From Okamejei kenojei (Eukaryota): a stretch of DNA of 64,000 nt. The stretch spans positions 163,742,001 through 163,806,000 of the forward strand of contig CM069132.1 in NCBI GenBank assembly GCA_035221665.1, written 5' to 3'. Below are positions 50,999 through 62,351 of the stretch, piece by piece. A program made the position numbers and the translations under genes. Under the pieces are notes generated by a model. It was not told where the DNA came from, ran no database searches, and saw only the letters and a program-made list of their open reading frames with translations. Positions within the stretch are counted from its first letter, which is position 1; each line of letters begins with the position of its first letter.

Positions 50999-51473
50999 AA
51001 CCCCTTATACCGTCTCCACTGGCTTCCTCCTCTTGGACTTGCATTCCATCTCTCTCCGGCCACCTCCCACCTTCATCCGACTCGTTCTGTTTCGTTTCAC
51101 TCTTTGTATCTACTGGTTATCACCATTTCCAGAGCAACAACGGACCAATGTGGCCTCGACCTTCCCTTGTTCATCGTTGCTGCCTTTGATTTGATCTTTT
51201 TATTCATTTGTTTGTACATTCTCACACCTCTAGTTTCCTTCTCCTCTGATTCCAAGTCGGAAGAAGAGTCTCGACCCGAATCCTCACCTATTCCTTTTCT
51301 CTGCAGATGCCTAACCCGCTGTTACTCGGGAATTACGTTTCTACTTTCGGTGCAAACCAGCGTCTGCCCTTCCATTCTACACATAGGCTTCCACAATGCC
51401 AGTGAAGTTCCACCACCGTGAGCGCTAATGTTCACACTAATATCCCGAGACACACCACGGATGTATTTCTTAC

Positions 51474-51791
51474 CTGGAGACCTACTGATGTTCTGGCTTT
51501 TCAACTCTTTTTCATGTGTGACTTGGCAGGTATAGACGATACCTTTGGACCAATCTGCAGCTGGGATTGTCAACTGGCTGGTCGCCGAGAAGTTCCCGTT
51601 ACCGTTCACCTGGAAGGCGGGAGAGGTGACGATGCCAGAATGCCATGGCTCGCCATTCTTCAGCCAGTCCACAGTAAATTTCGCTGGGCTGAAATCGTTG
51701 ACCAAACACACGGCGATCGCTTTTCTGCTGAGCTTGATTTCCTCAAGGGCAGTTATGGTGATGGCGACGGTAGGATGATGTACCTCGCGAC
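51474..51791 (-). CDS. IGHM: IgM Cmu2 exon
   Basis: cag|...|gtaaga, 318 nt, phase 1-1, encoding REVHHPTV...AVCLVNDFSPAKFTVDWLKNG...YTCQVTHEK. Confidence 0.96.
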
Positions 51792-52699
51792 CTGAAAGAA
51801 AATAAACTTCACTGGAATTGCTCATAAACTATCGTCGATTAATAATGACACCCAATATTCTGACCAAGAAAAAGAAAATCACCTTTTCTGATTAAAAGTA
51901 GCCATCCGCTCACCTGGACTTCCCGAGATGCTGCGAAATTCTTTGTTTATCGAGTGCTCGCAAATGGGGAAATTATAGCTCGGTGTCGTTGTCACAGGGA
52001 TGGAATGGGCCGACTGTTCTGCCTTTGTCCTCTATGACTGTGTCTGTGCTTCTAATACTCTTGATAATGTTCTCAACATGATGCACTCAGCCGCTTGGAT
52101 TGTTCGCGAGTTAAAATGTAACTTATCTATGGATAGATCAGTTCCTCGCGAATTATATGGATGTGCTCGTGATGATGATAAATTGATCAGCATCTTTTCG
52201 AGCTCTCTACAGGTATTTTTTTGTTTTTTTATGAGTTTGTAAATGGTGAATTGTCTCGATATTTGAAGCATCGCCTTTCGTTCCGTCACTAGAACGAACG
52301 GCAGTGCTTCCGTATTGTGAATATCGCTCTCGCCCCTCGGTGCCAGGAAACAAAACTCACCGTTTTATCGAAACAACAACAGCAGATGTTGTTTGATTAA
52401 AAAAAAGGGAGTAAAGGGCTGGAATAATTTGGCGGGTAAGGCATGTGTCACTTTCTATTGAGACTTTAAGCCTTTGGTAGTTACGTTCAGATGGAGTTTC
52501 ATCAGTGTTCCAGATGTTACATGGCATCTGTGGATGCAGCCGCATGTTCACATCACTGTATAGACATGAATTGTCTGTCTTTGACTAGGTGGGTCGTGGA
52601 GCTCAGATGAGCGTTCTACAGTCAGTATGGCATGAAGAATAAAACAGAACAGGGCACATGAAGCCAAGTACTTATCTTCAATTGTCAAATCCCGCGAAT

Positions 52700-53170
52700 T
52701 ATATGGATTGCATTATGGCCTGGTTCGGCAACTTGAACATCCAGGAGCGGGAAAGGCTGCAAAATGTTGGGAGCACTAGCCCATTCCATAACCGGCTCGG
52801 ACCCCCCCCCCCCCCCCCCCCCCGCCCATCATCAAAGGGATGTATCGCAGTCGCTGCCTCATTGAGGCAGCCAACATCAGAGACCCACACCATCCTGGAC
52901 ACACACTCATCTCACCACTGCCATCGGGAAGAAGGTACAGGAGCCTGAGAACTGTAACGTCCAGGTTCAGGAACAGCTTCTTCCCCACAGCCATCAGGCT
53001 ATTAAACACTGCAACCTCATATGCTCTGAACTACAATAGACTATTATTGTTATCATTATCATTGCGCTGTTATTGTTTGTTTTTTGAGTATGTGTGCGTG
53101 TACACATGCAAACATTTCATTGTTCTATCTGGGACATAAGACAATAAAACATTCTTGATTCTCAACTCTC
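52700..53170 (+). mobile_element. Rex1/Babar LINE 3' end in the Cmu1-Cmu2 intron
   Basis: ORF 52840-53139 contains DPHHPGH...LPSGRRYRSL...RFRNSFFPTAIRLLN. Confidence 0.85.
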
Positions 53171-53209
53171 AACTCCACCCTCGGCCTCGCGGTGCACCCC
53201 AACACGAAC

Positions 53210-53506
53210 CTGGTAAAAATAATGGATACTCGTTTTGGTCGTGTTGGACCACGCAGAAGATGTCGCCACTCCCCGCCTCCGCCTCGGTGATGGTTAACTC
53301 GCTGATCCGGGTGTAAGTTCCCAACTTATTGAACACTGCCGGGTAGTCCTTCACTCCTTTGTCCAGTTGCTGATCATCTTTCTTCCAAGAAACACTGGCG
53401 CCCGCAGGGGAATAGCCCAGCGCCAAACACCCATAGGTGAACGAACCACTGGAGCCGTGATCCTCGCAGGTGGAGAGAGTGAAGGGGCTGGGCGCGGATG
53501 GAGCCG
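53210..53506 (-). CDS. IGHM: IgM Cmu1 exon
   Basis: cag|...AG|gttcgt, 297 nt, phase 1-1, encoding AAPSAPSPFTLSTCEDHGSSGSFTYGCLALGYSP...SW...DIFCVVQH. The N-terminal Cys expected to link to the light chain is present. Confidence 0.93.
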
Positions 53507-53859
53507 CTGCAAGGCAAAGGCCACGTGAATGTTAAACTCTCTCTCTTGCTCGTTTGCAAAATATTCAGTGCGAGGAATCATTATACAGCAATTCGTTAAG
53601 CAGTTTTCTCATTCATGCAACTTCACCTGAGTATTATAAACTATTAGTTAATCATTCTGCCTTGATCCCACCTTGGAAAACATTGGCTGAAAACTTCTTG
53701 GGGTGCCAATATCTGGCAGTTACAGTCCAATGTACGCACAATCTCGAGTTGGAAATATATCGACAGGCCTCCAGTATTAATTACTGTAACATTCCCAGGG
53801 TTTCCCAGGAATGCTTAATACTCAGTGGCTATAACTAGCGTTAGCCTATGGGTTACAAT

Positions 53860-54330
53860 CCTCACCAAACTCCTTGTTGCGACTGGGGTTGATGGAGCAA
53901 GGGCGGAACTACGGGATACAGTGTGAGAGCCTCATCTATTGCAAAAGTGGGGAATACCCACTCCCTAAAGAATGAGGATCTCGGATATCCTGGTATGGAA
54001 CAACTCATCTTGGGAGCAGTTGCGCGGAGACGGATGAATTTGGGAGTAGGACATAGAGTCTTTGCAGGAGGCACGGTTGGAAGAGGTGTAGTCCTGATAG
54101 CTGTGGGAGTCCGTAGATTTGTAATTTATGTCAGTCGACAGTCTGTCTATCTCCTGCGATGGAGACGGTGAGATCAACAAAGGGGAGGGATGTGTCGGGG
54201 ATGGACCCGGTGAATTTGATCGTACGGTCAAAGTTTGTAGATAATGAAGTCAATGAGTTCTGCATGGGAACAGGACGAAGAGTTCGGGGATAGGGGCCAG
54301 TCTGTGTCAGGGGTTGTCCCATGTACCCAA
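53860..54330 (-). mobile_element. Penelope-like RT fragment in the J-C intron
   Basis: LPFVDLTVSI and TDINYKSTDSHSY.DYTSS...CK...YSQ in ORFs 54131-54322 and 53965-54231. Confidence 0.75.
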
Positions 54331-54332
54331 CT

Positions 54333-55799
54333 AAATGGAAATTGGTGAAATGACGTGCAATGTTGGAAACTACATTTTCTCTGCTATTTGAATTATAGAA
54401 CAGTTATCCCACTAATCCGTGAACAGAATGGGAATTGAAATCAATGGGTCAAAGGCGGGTTTGACTGACGTTCAAATTTACATTTGTATTTATTTATTAA
54501 AATTAAATGTATTTAATTAAAATTAAATTTATTTAATTAAGATAAAATGTATTTAATTAAAATTAAATAATTTAGGTAGGTTTCGCTTGGGCCATTGAGA
54601 GGGCCCGTGGCTAAACTTTTGATTTGAAGGAAGAGGGAAGAGTTTTTGTTTTATAAATGGTTCAGAGATTATCCGATAAAATCACAGAAAATGGAAGGAT
54701 AGCTGTGGTTTTCCATGTCGGGCTCCCGAACATAATTTGGGAGAAGACAAAAATAAACGATCACAACCTTGTTCGTGAAATTTGGCCTTAAATGTGTCCA
54801 TCGAACGAAACCAACTAAGGGGGCGGATGGGATTGAAATGGAAGCTCTGCTATTTAACGACAAATAACACACTTAAAATGTCACTTTTTTTTACTGTATT
54901 TTGGTGTCCCATCACTCACGAAAATATACCGATCATTTGTATGCCGACAGTAATTGCACGTAAATTCCGAAAAGCAAACCAGCGGACAAGAACATTACAT
55001 TCAAACCAGATTAAAAACATGTATGAGATTGCATTGGTAAGGATTAAAAATAACTCTCTCAATATAATATCTGAATTAATAAAGGGTATGTACCACAACT
55101 TCTGGAAACTAAATGTAGCATTTAAATTGTAAGAACATGTTAATACTCCGTAATTAAATAAACTGGCACAGGTTTCAAATGTTTGTCTGTGTGCGCCATT
55201 GCCTTAATGAATTCAATAATGATCATAAAATGAATGTTTATGCAATGACGCTCAGTTCGTTTCCAGCATCTTTAAAACAAGTTTACATTTACAATGGCGT
55301 CGGCACTGAAGATCGAATGATTAACATTGTATCGCTGTCCGATAGGAAACGAATAAAAACACCACCAATTATTAATTACAATCTGCAATCTATTAAACAA
55401 AATCTGAGTTTGCTTCGTGACTTTAACAGGAAAAGGCTTTCATTCATATAGTAGTCTACTTTTAATAGTACAAATGCACAATGTTGCTAAATCAATGTTT
55501 TAATTAAATAAATGCAAATGTAAATTTGAACGTCACTCAAACCCTCCTTTAAGCCATCGATTTCAATTCCCATTCTGTTCAAGGATTAGTGGGATACCCT
55601 GTTTTATAATTGAAATTAAGATAGCGGAGTCAGGGGATATGGGGAGAAGGCAGGAACTGATTGGGGATGATCAGCCATGATCACATTGAATGGCGGTGCT
55701 GGCTCGAGGACCGAATGGCCTCCTCCTGCACCTATTGTCTAATGTCCAAAATAGCAGAGAACATTTCGTTTCCAACATTCCATTTCCCAATGTTTCATT
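54333..55799. repeat. Long imperfect inverted repeat (arms ~54333-54503 and ~55500-55799, right arm split by a CR1 tail at 55619-55745); probably an old DNA transposon
   Basis: For example, GAACAGAATGGGAATTGAAATC...GACGTTCAAATTTACATTTG matches CAAATGTAAATTTGAACGTC...GATTTCAATTCCCATTCTGTTC in reverse complement. Confidence 0.8.
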
Positions 55800-56129
55800 A
55801 CGTAACTATACGTAAAACTGACATTTTTCATTAGCAATTTACTAAATAGAGGAACATTTTGTGTTTAAATGACATTGGGAGCCAGAGACAAACACAAATT
55901 CAAATTCTCTTTCTAATAAATCCATGGATTAAAAGTTATTCCCAAACTACAGCAGTTCCGAAATCTCCCCATTTTACATTCAACGCATTTTCCAAATGGG
56001 AAAACTCGTGATCTTTGACATAAAACAGAGCGATGGGGTCATTAGGCGAGGCAGCATTTGTGGAAAGAGAAACCCAAGCATTTTCCAGCTCGACTGTCGT
56101 TGCGAGACTAACCCATGGCAAGTTCAGTT

Positions 56130-56400
56130 TTGATTAGAGAGATAGCATAGAAATAGATCCTTCTGCCAACCAAATCCAGGGCGACACAATAGTTCCACTA
56201 TCGCACTATCGCAACCACCCCCGACCCACTAGGGTCGATCACCCGGGCCAATTAACCTGCAAACCGGCACTCTTTTGGGTTGTGGGAGGAAAGCAGAGCA
56301 CCAGTAAGAAACCACAGGGAGAACGCACAGTTCTCACAGTCTGCGCCTGATTTCGGGAACGAAGCCGGGTCTCTGGCGCGACCAGCTGTCATCCGGCTCC
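56130..56400 (-). mobile_element. V-SINE/HE1-like SINE remnant
   Basis: The + strand reads TGTGGGAGGAAA...GAGCAC...GAAACC...CAGGGAGAACG, the reverse complement of a V-SINE-like core. Confidence 0.55.
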
Positions 56401-57730
56401 CCTCTATGGGATTTGTCTTTCGCCACAGGCTGCGGGACCCTCTGGGTGTTTGCAACATTTACTGTTCCCATTTATGANNNNNNNNNNNNNNNNNNNNNNN
56501 NNNNNNNNNNNNNNNNNNNNNNNNNNNNNNNNNNNNNNNNNNNNNNNNNNNNNNNNNNNNNNNNNNNNNNNNNNNNNNNNNNNNNNNNNNNNNNNNNNNN
56601 NNNNNNNNNNNNNNNNNNNNNNACATAATCCGACACTTCATACAACAGCAATACCCGGTCGCTGCCACTCCAATTGAAGGTACAAACACGTCAAATTGTG
56701 CAATAATATCGTCTCCCGCAATGACCGGCTGAATCACACCGCCGATGGGATGAATCGCATAACACACATTTGCTGAAACTCTTCACAAAAATCCAAATAT
56801 CTCTGTCCAAAGACCATGGAAATTCATTGTCCCAATGACGACAGAGCCAAATAACGGCGAATAACACAATACACATGGATTACATAGATAACATTCCAAT
56901 ATCATGTGAATTTCCTTCAGTTCCTCCGTCTCCCTAGTTCCTCTGTCCCCTCGTACACCCGGTACATTGTCATTCTATAGATCGCGCTTCACGGACTTAG
57001 CTTTGCTGTATCATTGGTTCACATGGCCAACTCATTGTACTTCAATATAGATTTAAAAAAAGGTTGGAGTAACTCAGCGGGACAGGCAGAGTTACTCCAG
57101 CTTTTTGTGTCAATCGCCAGCATAAATCAGCATCCACAGTTCCTTCCTATCCATTGTACTTCAAGATATATAACTGCGCAATTAACCCTGACGCATGAAC
57201 CTTGCATTTCTGTGTTTTGCTGCAGGAACATTTCACTTCTTCCATGCAAGTTTTGTTAGCGATTGGATTCAAGGTGGCAAGGCGATTCCACCAATTCATA
57301 CATACACTTTAAAAACTTGAAAATGTTACACCCAGGATTTATCCGTTTCTCTCGTTTGTTCCATATGCGCTGATAAGAAACAAACTGAGACAAAGTACCT
57401 GCTGTTGATCAGAAAATACAGTTCGATGCATCACAGACCAAGGACCACAACAATCTCAAACAATTAGAAAGCACAGGGAACACAATTGATCCACATTTTC
57501 CCACTAATTTGGAACAAACCGCATCCGTTTCATAGTCAAAGGATCGAACGTCATAGCACATAAGGCAAGTTTAAATCTGGAGCGGAATCACATAACATTG
57601 TAAATCACAACATCGATCCAACATTGCAATGAATGGGTAATTAATGTAGAAGAACAATTTAATGCAATTATTAGAAATGTAAAATTACAACTGGATACAT
57701 CTAGATACTGAATAGGATGAAGTTTCTTAC

Positions 57731-58102
57731 CGCTGGTTACCGTCACCATGGTGCCTCCTCCCCAGTAGTAAGGATAGCCATACCCTATGTTGTCGAGTAC
57801 TCTCGCACAGTAATAGACAGCGGTGTCTTCGATCTTCAGGTTCCTGGCCGTCACGCTGAACATGTTATTCGAAGTGTCTTTGGACGGAGTAAATCGGCTC
57901 TTTATCCCCGGAGCGAAGTGCTTGTTACTAGAACTGTAGTAGCGAAGCAGCCACTCCAGCCCCTGCCCGGGGACCTGACGGACCAAATGCATATAGGCGC
58001 TGCTAAGAGTGAACCCGCTGGTTTTACAGGTCAGTGTGATGGAGCCTCCAGGAATGGCGGTCCCTGTCTTGGGCTGAGTTAGAACGATATCGGAATGGAC
58101 AC
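57731..58102 (-). CDS. IGHV: Pre-joined VH-D-JH exon of IgM
   Basis: cag|GTGTCCATTCC...AGCG|gtaaga, 372 nt, open. Encodes DIVLTQPK...[31 protein letters not shown]...[33 protein letters not shown]. No heptamer or nonamer lies between YYCAR and WGGG. Confidence 0.97.
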
Positions 58103-58276
58103 CTGCAAGTTAAAAAAGGCATGAATGGTGAGAATAAATTATTGACCATTGATCCCCGACTCTAATTATCAATAGGAAATAAATTGGGAGGGTTCTAGAG
58201 TGGGTAGAAGGGGAATGGTGTAGGGGATATACCACTGAGAAACTTGCGTGAGGAATTTGCCCAACTCATTACTCAC

Positions 58277-58322
58277 GGACTATTAGCGCCAGGAACAGAC
58301 TCAGTGAAACCGCCGACCTCAT
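58277..58322 (-). CDS. IGHV: IgH leader exon
   Basis: ATG...C|gtgagt, 46 nt, encoding the hydrophobic signal MRSAVSLSLFLALIV. The 174-nt phase-1 intron matches the V exon (R-VHS-DIV). Confidence 0.93.
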
Positions 58323-58369
58323 CCCGCTGGGAAATGTGACCCGGTTTGTTTCTGTACAGAACCTCGCAA

Positions 58370-58490
58370 CAAACCAACTGCAAGGAAGTTGGATTTCGGC
58401 CCATCTTAGAGAGAATTAAATACCCGGCAAAAGAGGGTGCGGCTTTGGGCGGGACCTGTAAACCGAGAGGTGCAGCGGGCGGAGCTGAGA
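58370..58490 (-). promoter_or_regulatory. Candidate VH promoter
   Basis: TATA-like TATTTAA (58416-58422) ~95 nt upstream of the ATG, E-box at 58375-58380, ETS-like AGGAAGT at 58383-58389, GC boxes at 58447-58452 and 58477-58482. Confidence 0.45.
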
Positions 58491-58954
58491 CACGGCTCCC
58501 AACTCAACAGCGAGATGGGCTCACGCTTTCACATCTATTAACTGACACAGATGCACAAGAGGTGAACAAAACAGCGTGCTTTTCCGCCCCTTACACAATA
58601 TAAACTCATGCTATAGTTGTAAATAAGATGGTGGAAAGATTGGTTTCATAGTGCAGTTTTTTCGTAAAATATGTTCGGAATTCCTCAAATGTATATTAAA
58701 ATGCGTCTGGGTGTGCGTGTGCTTGCGGGTGTGAGAGGGAGAGAGAGGAGAGGTGAGGNNNNNNNNNNNNNNNNNNNNNNNNNNNNNNNNNNNNNNNNNN
58801 NNNNNNNNNNNNNNNNNNNNNNNNNNNNNNNNNNNNNNNNNNNNNNNNNNNNNNNNNNNNNNNNNNNNNNNNNNNNNNNNNNNNNNNNNNNNGACACAAA
58901 ATGCTGGAGAAACTCAGCGGGACAGGCAGCATCTCTGGAGAGAAGGAATGTCAA

Positions 58955-60605
58955 ATAAGGTGGCGGAACTGAGTGAAATCCAGGTTAGCCGGGAAGTGGT
59001 GTTGGGTAAATTGAATGGATTAAAGGCCGATAAATCCCCAGGGCCAGATGGTCTGCATCCCAGAGTACTCAAGGAGGTAGCCACGGAAATAGTGGATGCA
59101 TTAGCGATACATTTTCAAAACTCATTAGATTCTGGAGTAGTTCCTGACGATTGGAGAGTAGCTAATGTAACCCCACTTTTTAAAAAAGGAGGGAGAGAGA
59201 AAGCGGGGAATTACAGACCAGTTAGTCTAACATCGGTAGTGGGAAAACTGCTAGCTTTTAAAGATGGGATAGCAGCGCATCTGGAAAGTGGTGAAATCAT
59301 TGGACAAAGTCAGCATGGATTTACAAAAGGTAAATCATGTCTGACGAATCTTATAGAATTTTTCGAGGATGTAACTAGTAGAGTGGATAAGGGTGAACCA
59401 GTGGATGTGTTATATCTGGACTTTCAGAAGGCTTTCGACAAGGTCCCACATAAGAGATTAGTATATAAACTTAAAGCACACAGTAATGGTGGTTCAATAA
59501 TGATGTGGATAGAGAACTGGCTGGCAGACAGGAAGCAAAGGGTAGGAGTAAACGGGTCCTTTTCAGAATGGCAGGCAGTGAGTAGTGGGGTACCGCAAGG
59601 CTCAGTGCTGGGACCCCAGCTATTTACAATATACATTAATGATTTGGACGAGGGAATTGAATGCAACATCTCCAAATTTGCAGATGACACCAAGCTGGGG
59701 GGTATAGTTAGGTGTGAGGAGGCTGCAGGGTGATTTGGATAGGCTGAGTGAATGGGCAGATGCATGGCAGATGCAGTATAATGTGGATAAATGTGAGGTT
59801 ATCCACTTTGGTGGCAAAAACATGAGGGTAGACTATTATCTGAATAGTGGCAGATTAGGAAAAGGGGAGATACAACGAGACCTGGGTGTCATGGTACACC
59901 AGTCATTGAAAGTAGGCATGCAGGTGCAGCAGGCAGTGAAGAAAGCAAATGGTATGTTAGCATACATAGTCAAAGGGTTTGAGTATAGGAGCAGGGAGGT
60001 TCTACTGCAGTTGTACAGGGTTTTGGTGAGGCCACACCTGGAGTATTGTGTACAGTTTTGGTCTCCAAATCTGAGGAAAGACATTCTTGCCATAGAGGGG
60101 GTTCAGAGAAAGTTCACCAGACTGATTCCTGCGATGTCGGGACTTCCATATGAAGAAAGACTGGATAGACTCGGCTTGTACTCACTGGAATTTAGAAGAT
60201 TGAGGGGGGATCTTATAGAAACTTACAAAATTCTTAAGGGGTTGGACAAGCTAGATGCAGGAAGATTGTTCTCGATGTTGGGAGAGATTAGAACAAGGGG
60301 TCACAGTCTAAGGATAAGGGGGAATTCCTTTAGGACCGAGATGAGGAAAATATTCTTTACACAGAGAGTGGTGAATCTGTGGAATTCTCTGCCGCAGAAG
60401 GTCATTGAGGCCAGTTCATTGGCTATATTCAAGAGGGAGTTGGATGTGGCTCTTGTGGCTAAAGGGATCAGGGGGTATGGAGAGAAGGCAGGTACGGGAT
60501 ACTGAGTTGGATGATCAGCCATGATCATATTGAATGGCGGTACAGGCTCGAAGGACCGAATGGCCTACTCCTGCACCTATTTTTCCATGTTTCTATGTTT
60601 CTATG
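58955..60605 (+). mobile_element. CR1 LINE 3' half
   Basis: ORFs to 59733 ([13 protein letters not shown]...FADDTKLGG) and 59714-60505, then 3' UTR and (TTCTATGT)n tail. Confidence 0.95.
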
Positions 60606-60782
60606 TGTGACATTTTGGGTCAAGAATCTTCTTCAGACCTCCAGAGATGCTGCCTGTCCCGCTGAGTTACTCCAGGATTTTGTGTCTAGCTTCGATTTAA
60701 AGCAGCATCTGCAGTTCTTTCCTACACATTCCAATATCAAGATACATTTATTTGTCACATGTCCCCCATTTCCCAATGTTCA

Positions 60783-62270
60783 ATAGATTCAGGGGGAGTT
60801 CCTGTGGATTGGAGGATAGCTAATGTTATCCCACTTTTCAAGAAAGGAGCGAGAGAGAAAACGGGGAATTACAGACCAGTTAGCCTGACTTCGGTGGTGG
60901 GAAAGATGCTGGAGTCAATTATTAAAGAGGTAATAATGGGGCATTTGGATAGCAGTAAAAGGATTAGTCCAAGTCAGCATGGATTTATGAAAGGGAAATC
61001 ATGCTTGACTAATCTTCTGGAATTTTTTGAGGATGTGACAAGTAAAATGGATGAAGGGGTGCCAGTGGATGTAGTGTATCTAGACTTTCAGAAAGCCTTT
61101 GATAAGGTCCCACACTGGGATACTGGTGACTAAAATTAGAGCACATGGTATTGGGGGTAGGGTGTTGACATGGATAGAAAATTGGTTGGCAGACCGGAAG
61201 CAAAGAGTAGGAGTGAACGGGTCCTTTTCAGAATGGCAGGCAGTGGCGAGTGGAGTGCCGCAAGGCTCAGTGTTGGGGCCGCAACTATTTACCATATACA
61301 GTAATGATTTGTAAGAGGGAATTAAGAGCAACACTAGCAAGTTTGCGGATGACACAAAGCTGGATGGCAGTGTGAACTGTGAAGAGGATGTTAGGAGGTT
61401 GCAGGGGGACCTGGACAGGTTGAGTGAGTGGGCAGATGCGTGGCAGATGCAGTATAATATAGATAAATGTGAGGTTATCTACTTCAGCGGCAAAAACAAG
61501 GGGCAGATTTTTATCTCAATGGGGTTAGGTTAGGTAAGGGGGAGGTACAGCGAGACCTGGGTGTCTTTGTACACCGGTCACTGAAAGTTGGTTTACAGGT
61601 ACAGCAGGCAGTGAAGAAAGCTAATGGAATGTTGGTCTTCATAACAAGAGGATTTCAGTATAGGAGTAAAGAGGTTCTTCTGCAGTTGTATAGGGCTCTG
61701 GTGAGACCACATCTGGAGTATTGTGTACAGTTTTGGTTTCCTAATTTGAGGAAGGACATCCTTGTGATTGAGGCAGTGCAGCGTAGGTTCACGAGATTGA
61801 TCCCTGGGATGGCGGGACTGTCATATCAGGAAAGAATGAAAAGACTAGGCTTGTATTCACTGGAGTTTAGAAGGATGAGGGGGATCTTATAGAAACATAT
61901 AAAATTATAAAAGGACTGGACAAGCTAGATGCAGGAAAAATGTTCCCAATGTTGGGCGAGTCCAGAACCAGGGGCCACAGTCTTAGAATAAAGGGGAGGT
62001 CATTTAAGACTGAGTTGAGAAAAACCTTTTCACCCAAAGAGTCGTGAATTTATGGAAATCCGTGCGAAAGAGGGCAGTGGAGGCCAAGTCACTGGATGGA
62101 TTTTAAGAGAGAGTTAGATGGAGCTTTAGGGGCTAGTGGAGTCAAGGAATGTGGGGAGAAGGCAGGCACGGGTTATTGATGATCAGCCATGATCACAATG
62201 AATGGCAGCTGGAGAGAAGTGCCGAATGGTCTCCTCCCGCACCTATTTTCTATGTTTCTATGTTTCTATG
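60783..62270 (+). mobile_element. CR1 LINE 3' half (second subfamily)
   Basis: RT motifs in ORFs 60759, 61099 and 61611, with a tail at ~62245-62270. Confidence 0.93.
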
Positions 62271-62351
62271 TCCTAGTTGGTACAGTGAAATGTGTGGTCA
62301 CCATACAGCCCTACAGATAAAATGTCAATATCGACATTTGTTACATTGAAT

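Noticed and set aside
51914-51930. 17-nt cag|...|gtgagc micro-exon candidate upstream of Cmu2
   Set aside because: The length would frameshift the mRNA, and the sequence resembles a local repeat remnant.
52355-52615. Strong minus-strand donor (G|GTGAGT at 52361) suggesting a hinge exon between Cmu1 and Cmu2; one frame reads ICCCCFDKT
   Set aside because: No upstream AG gives an open phase 1-1 exon. The phase-1 frame has a TAA just before the donor.
53507-57730. Class-switch (S) region or leftover D/J segments with RSS in the J-C intron
   Set aside because: No AGCT-rich tandem array and no convincing heptamer-spacer-nonamer were seen by eye. The 145-nt N run is unreadable.
44110-58322. IgW, IgNAR, three-domain IgM1gj, or a processed pseudogene
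   Set aside because: There are four C exons with a mu-type Cmu4 and tailpiece, a conventional VH with FR2 and CDR2, Cmu2 is present, and all introns are retained.
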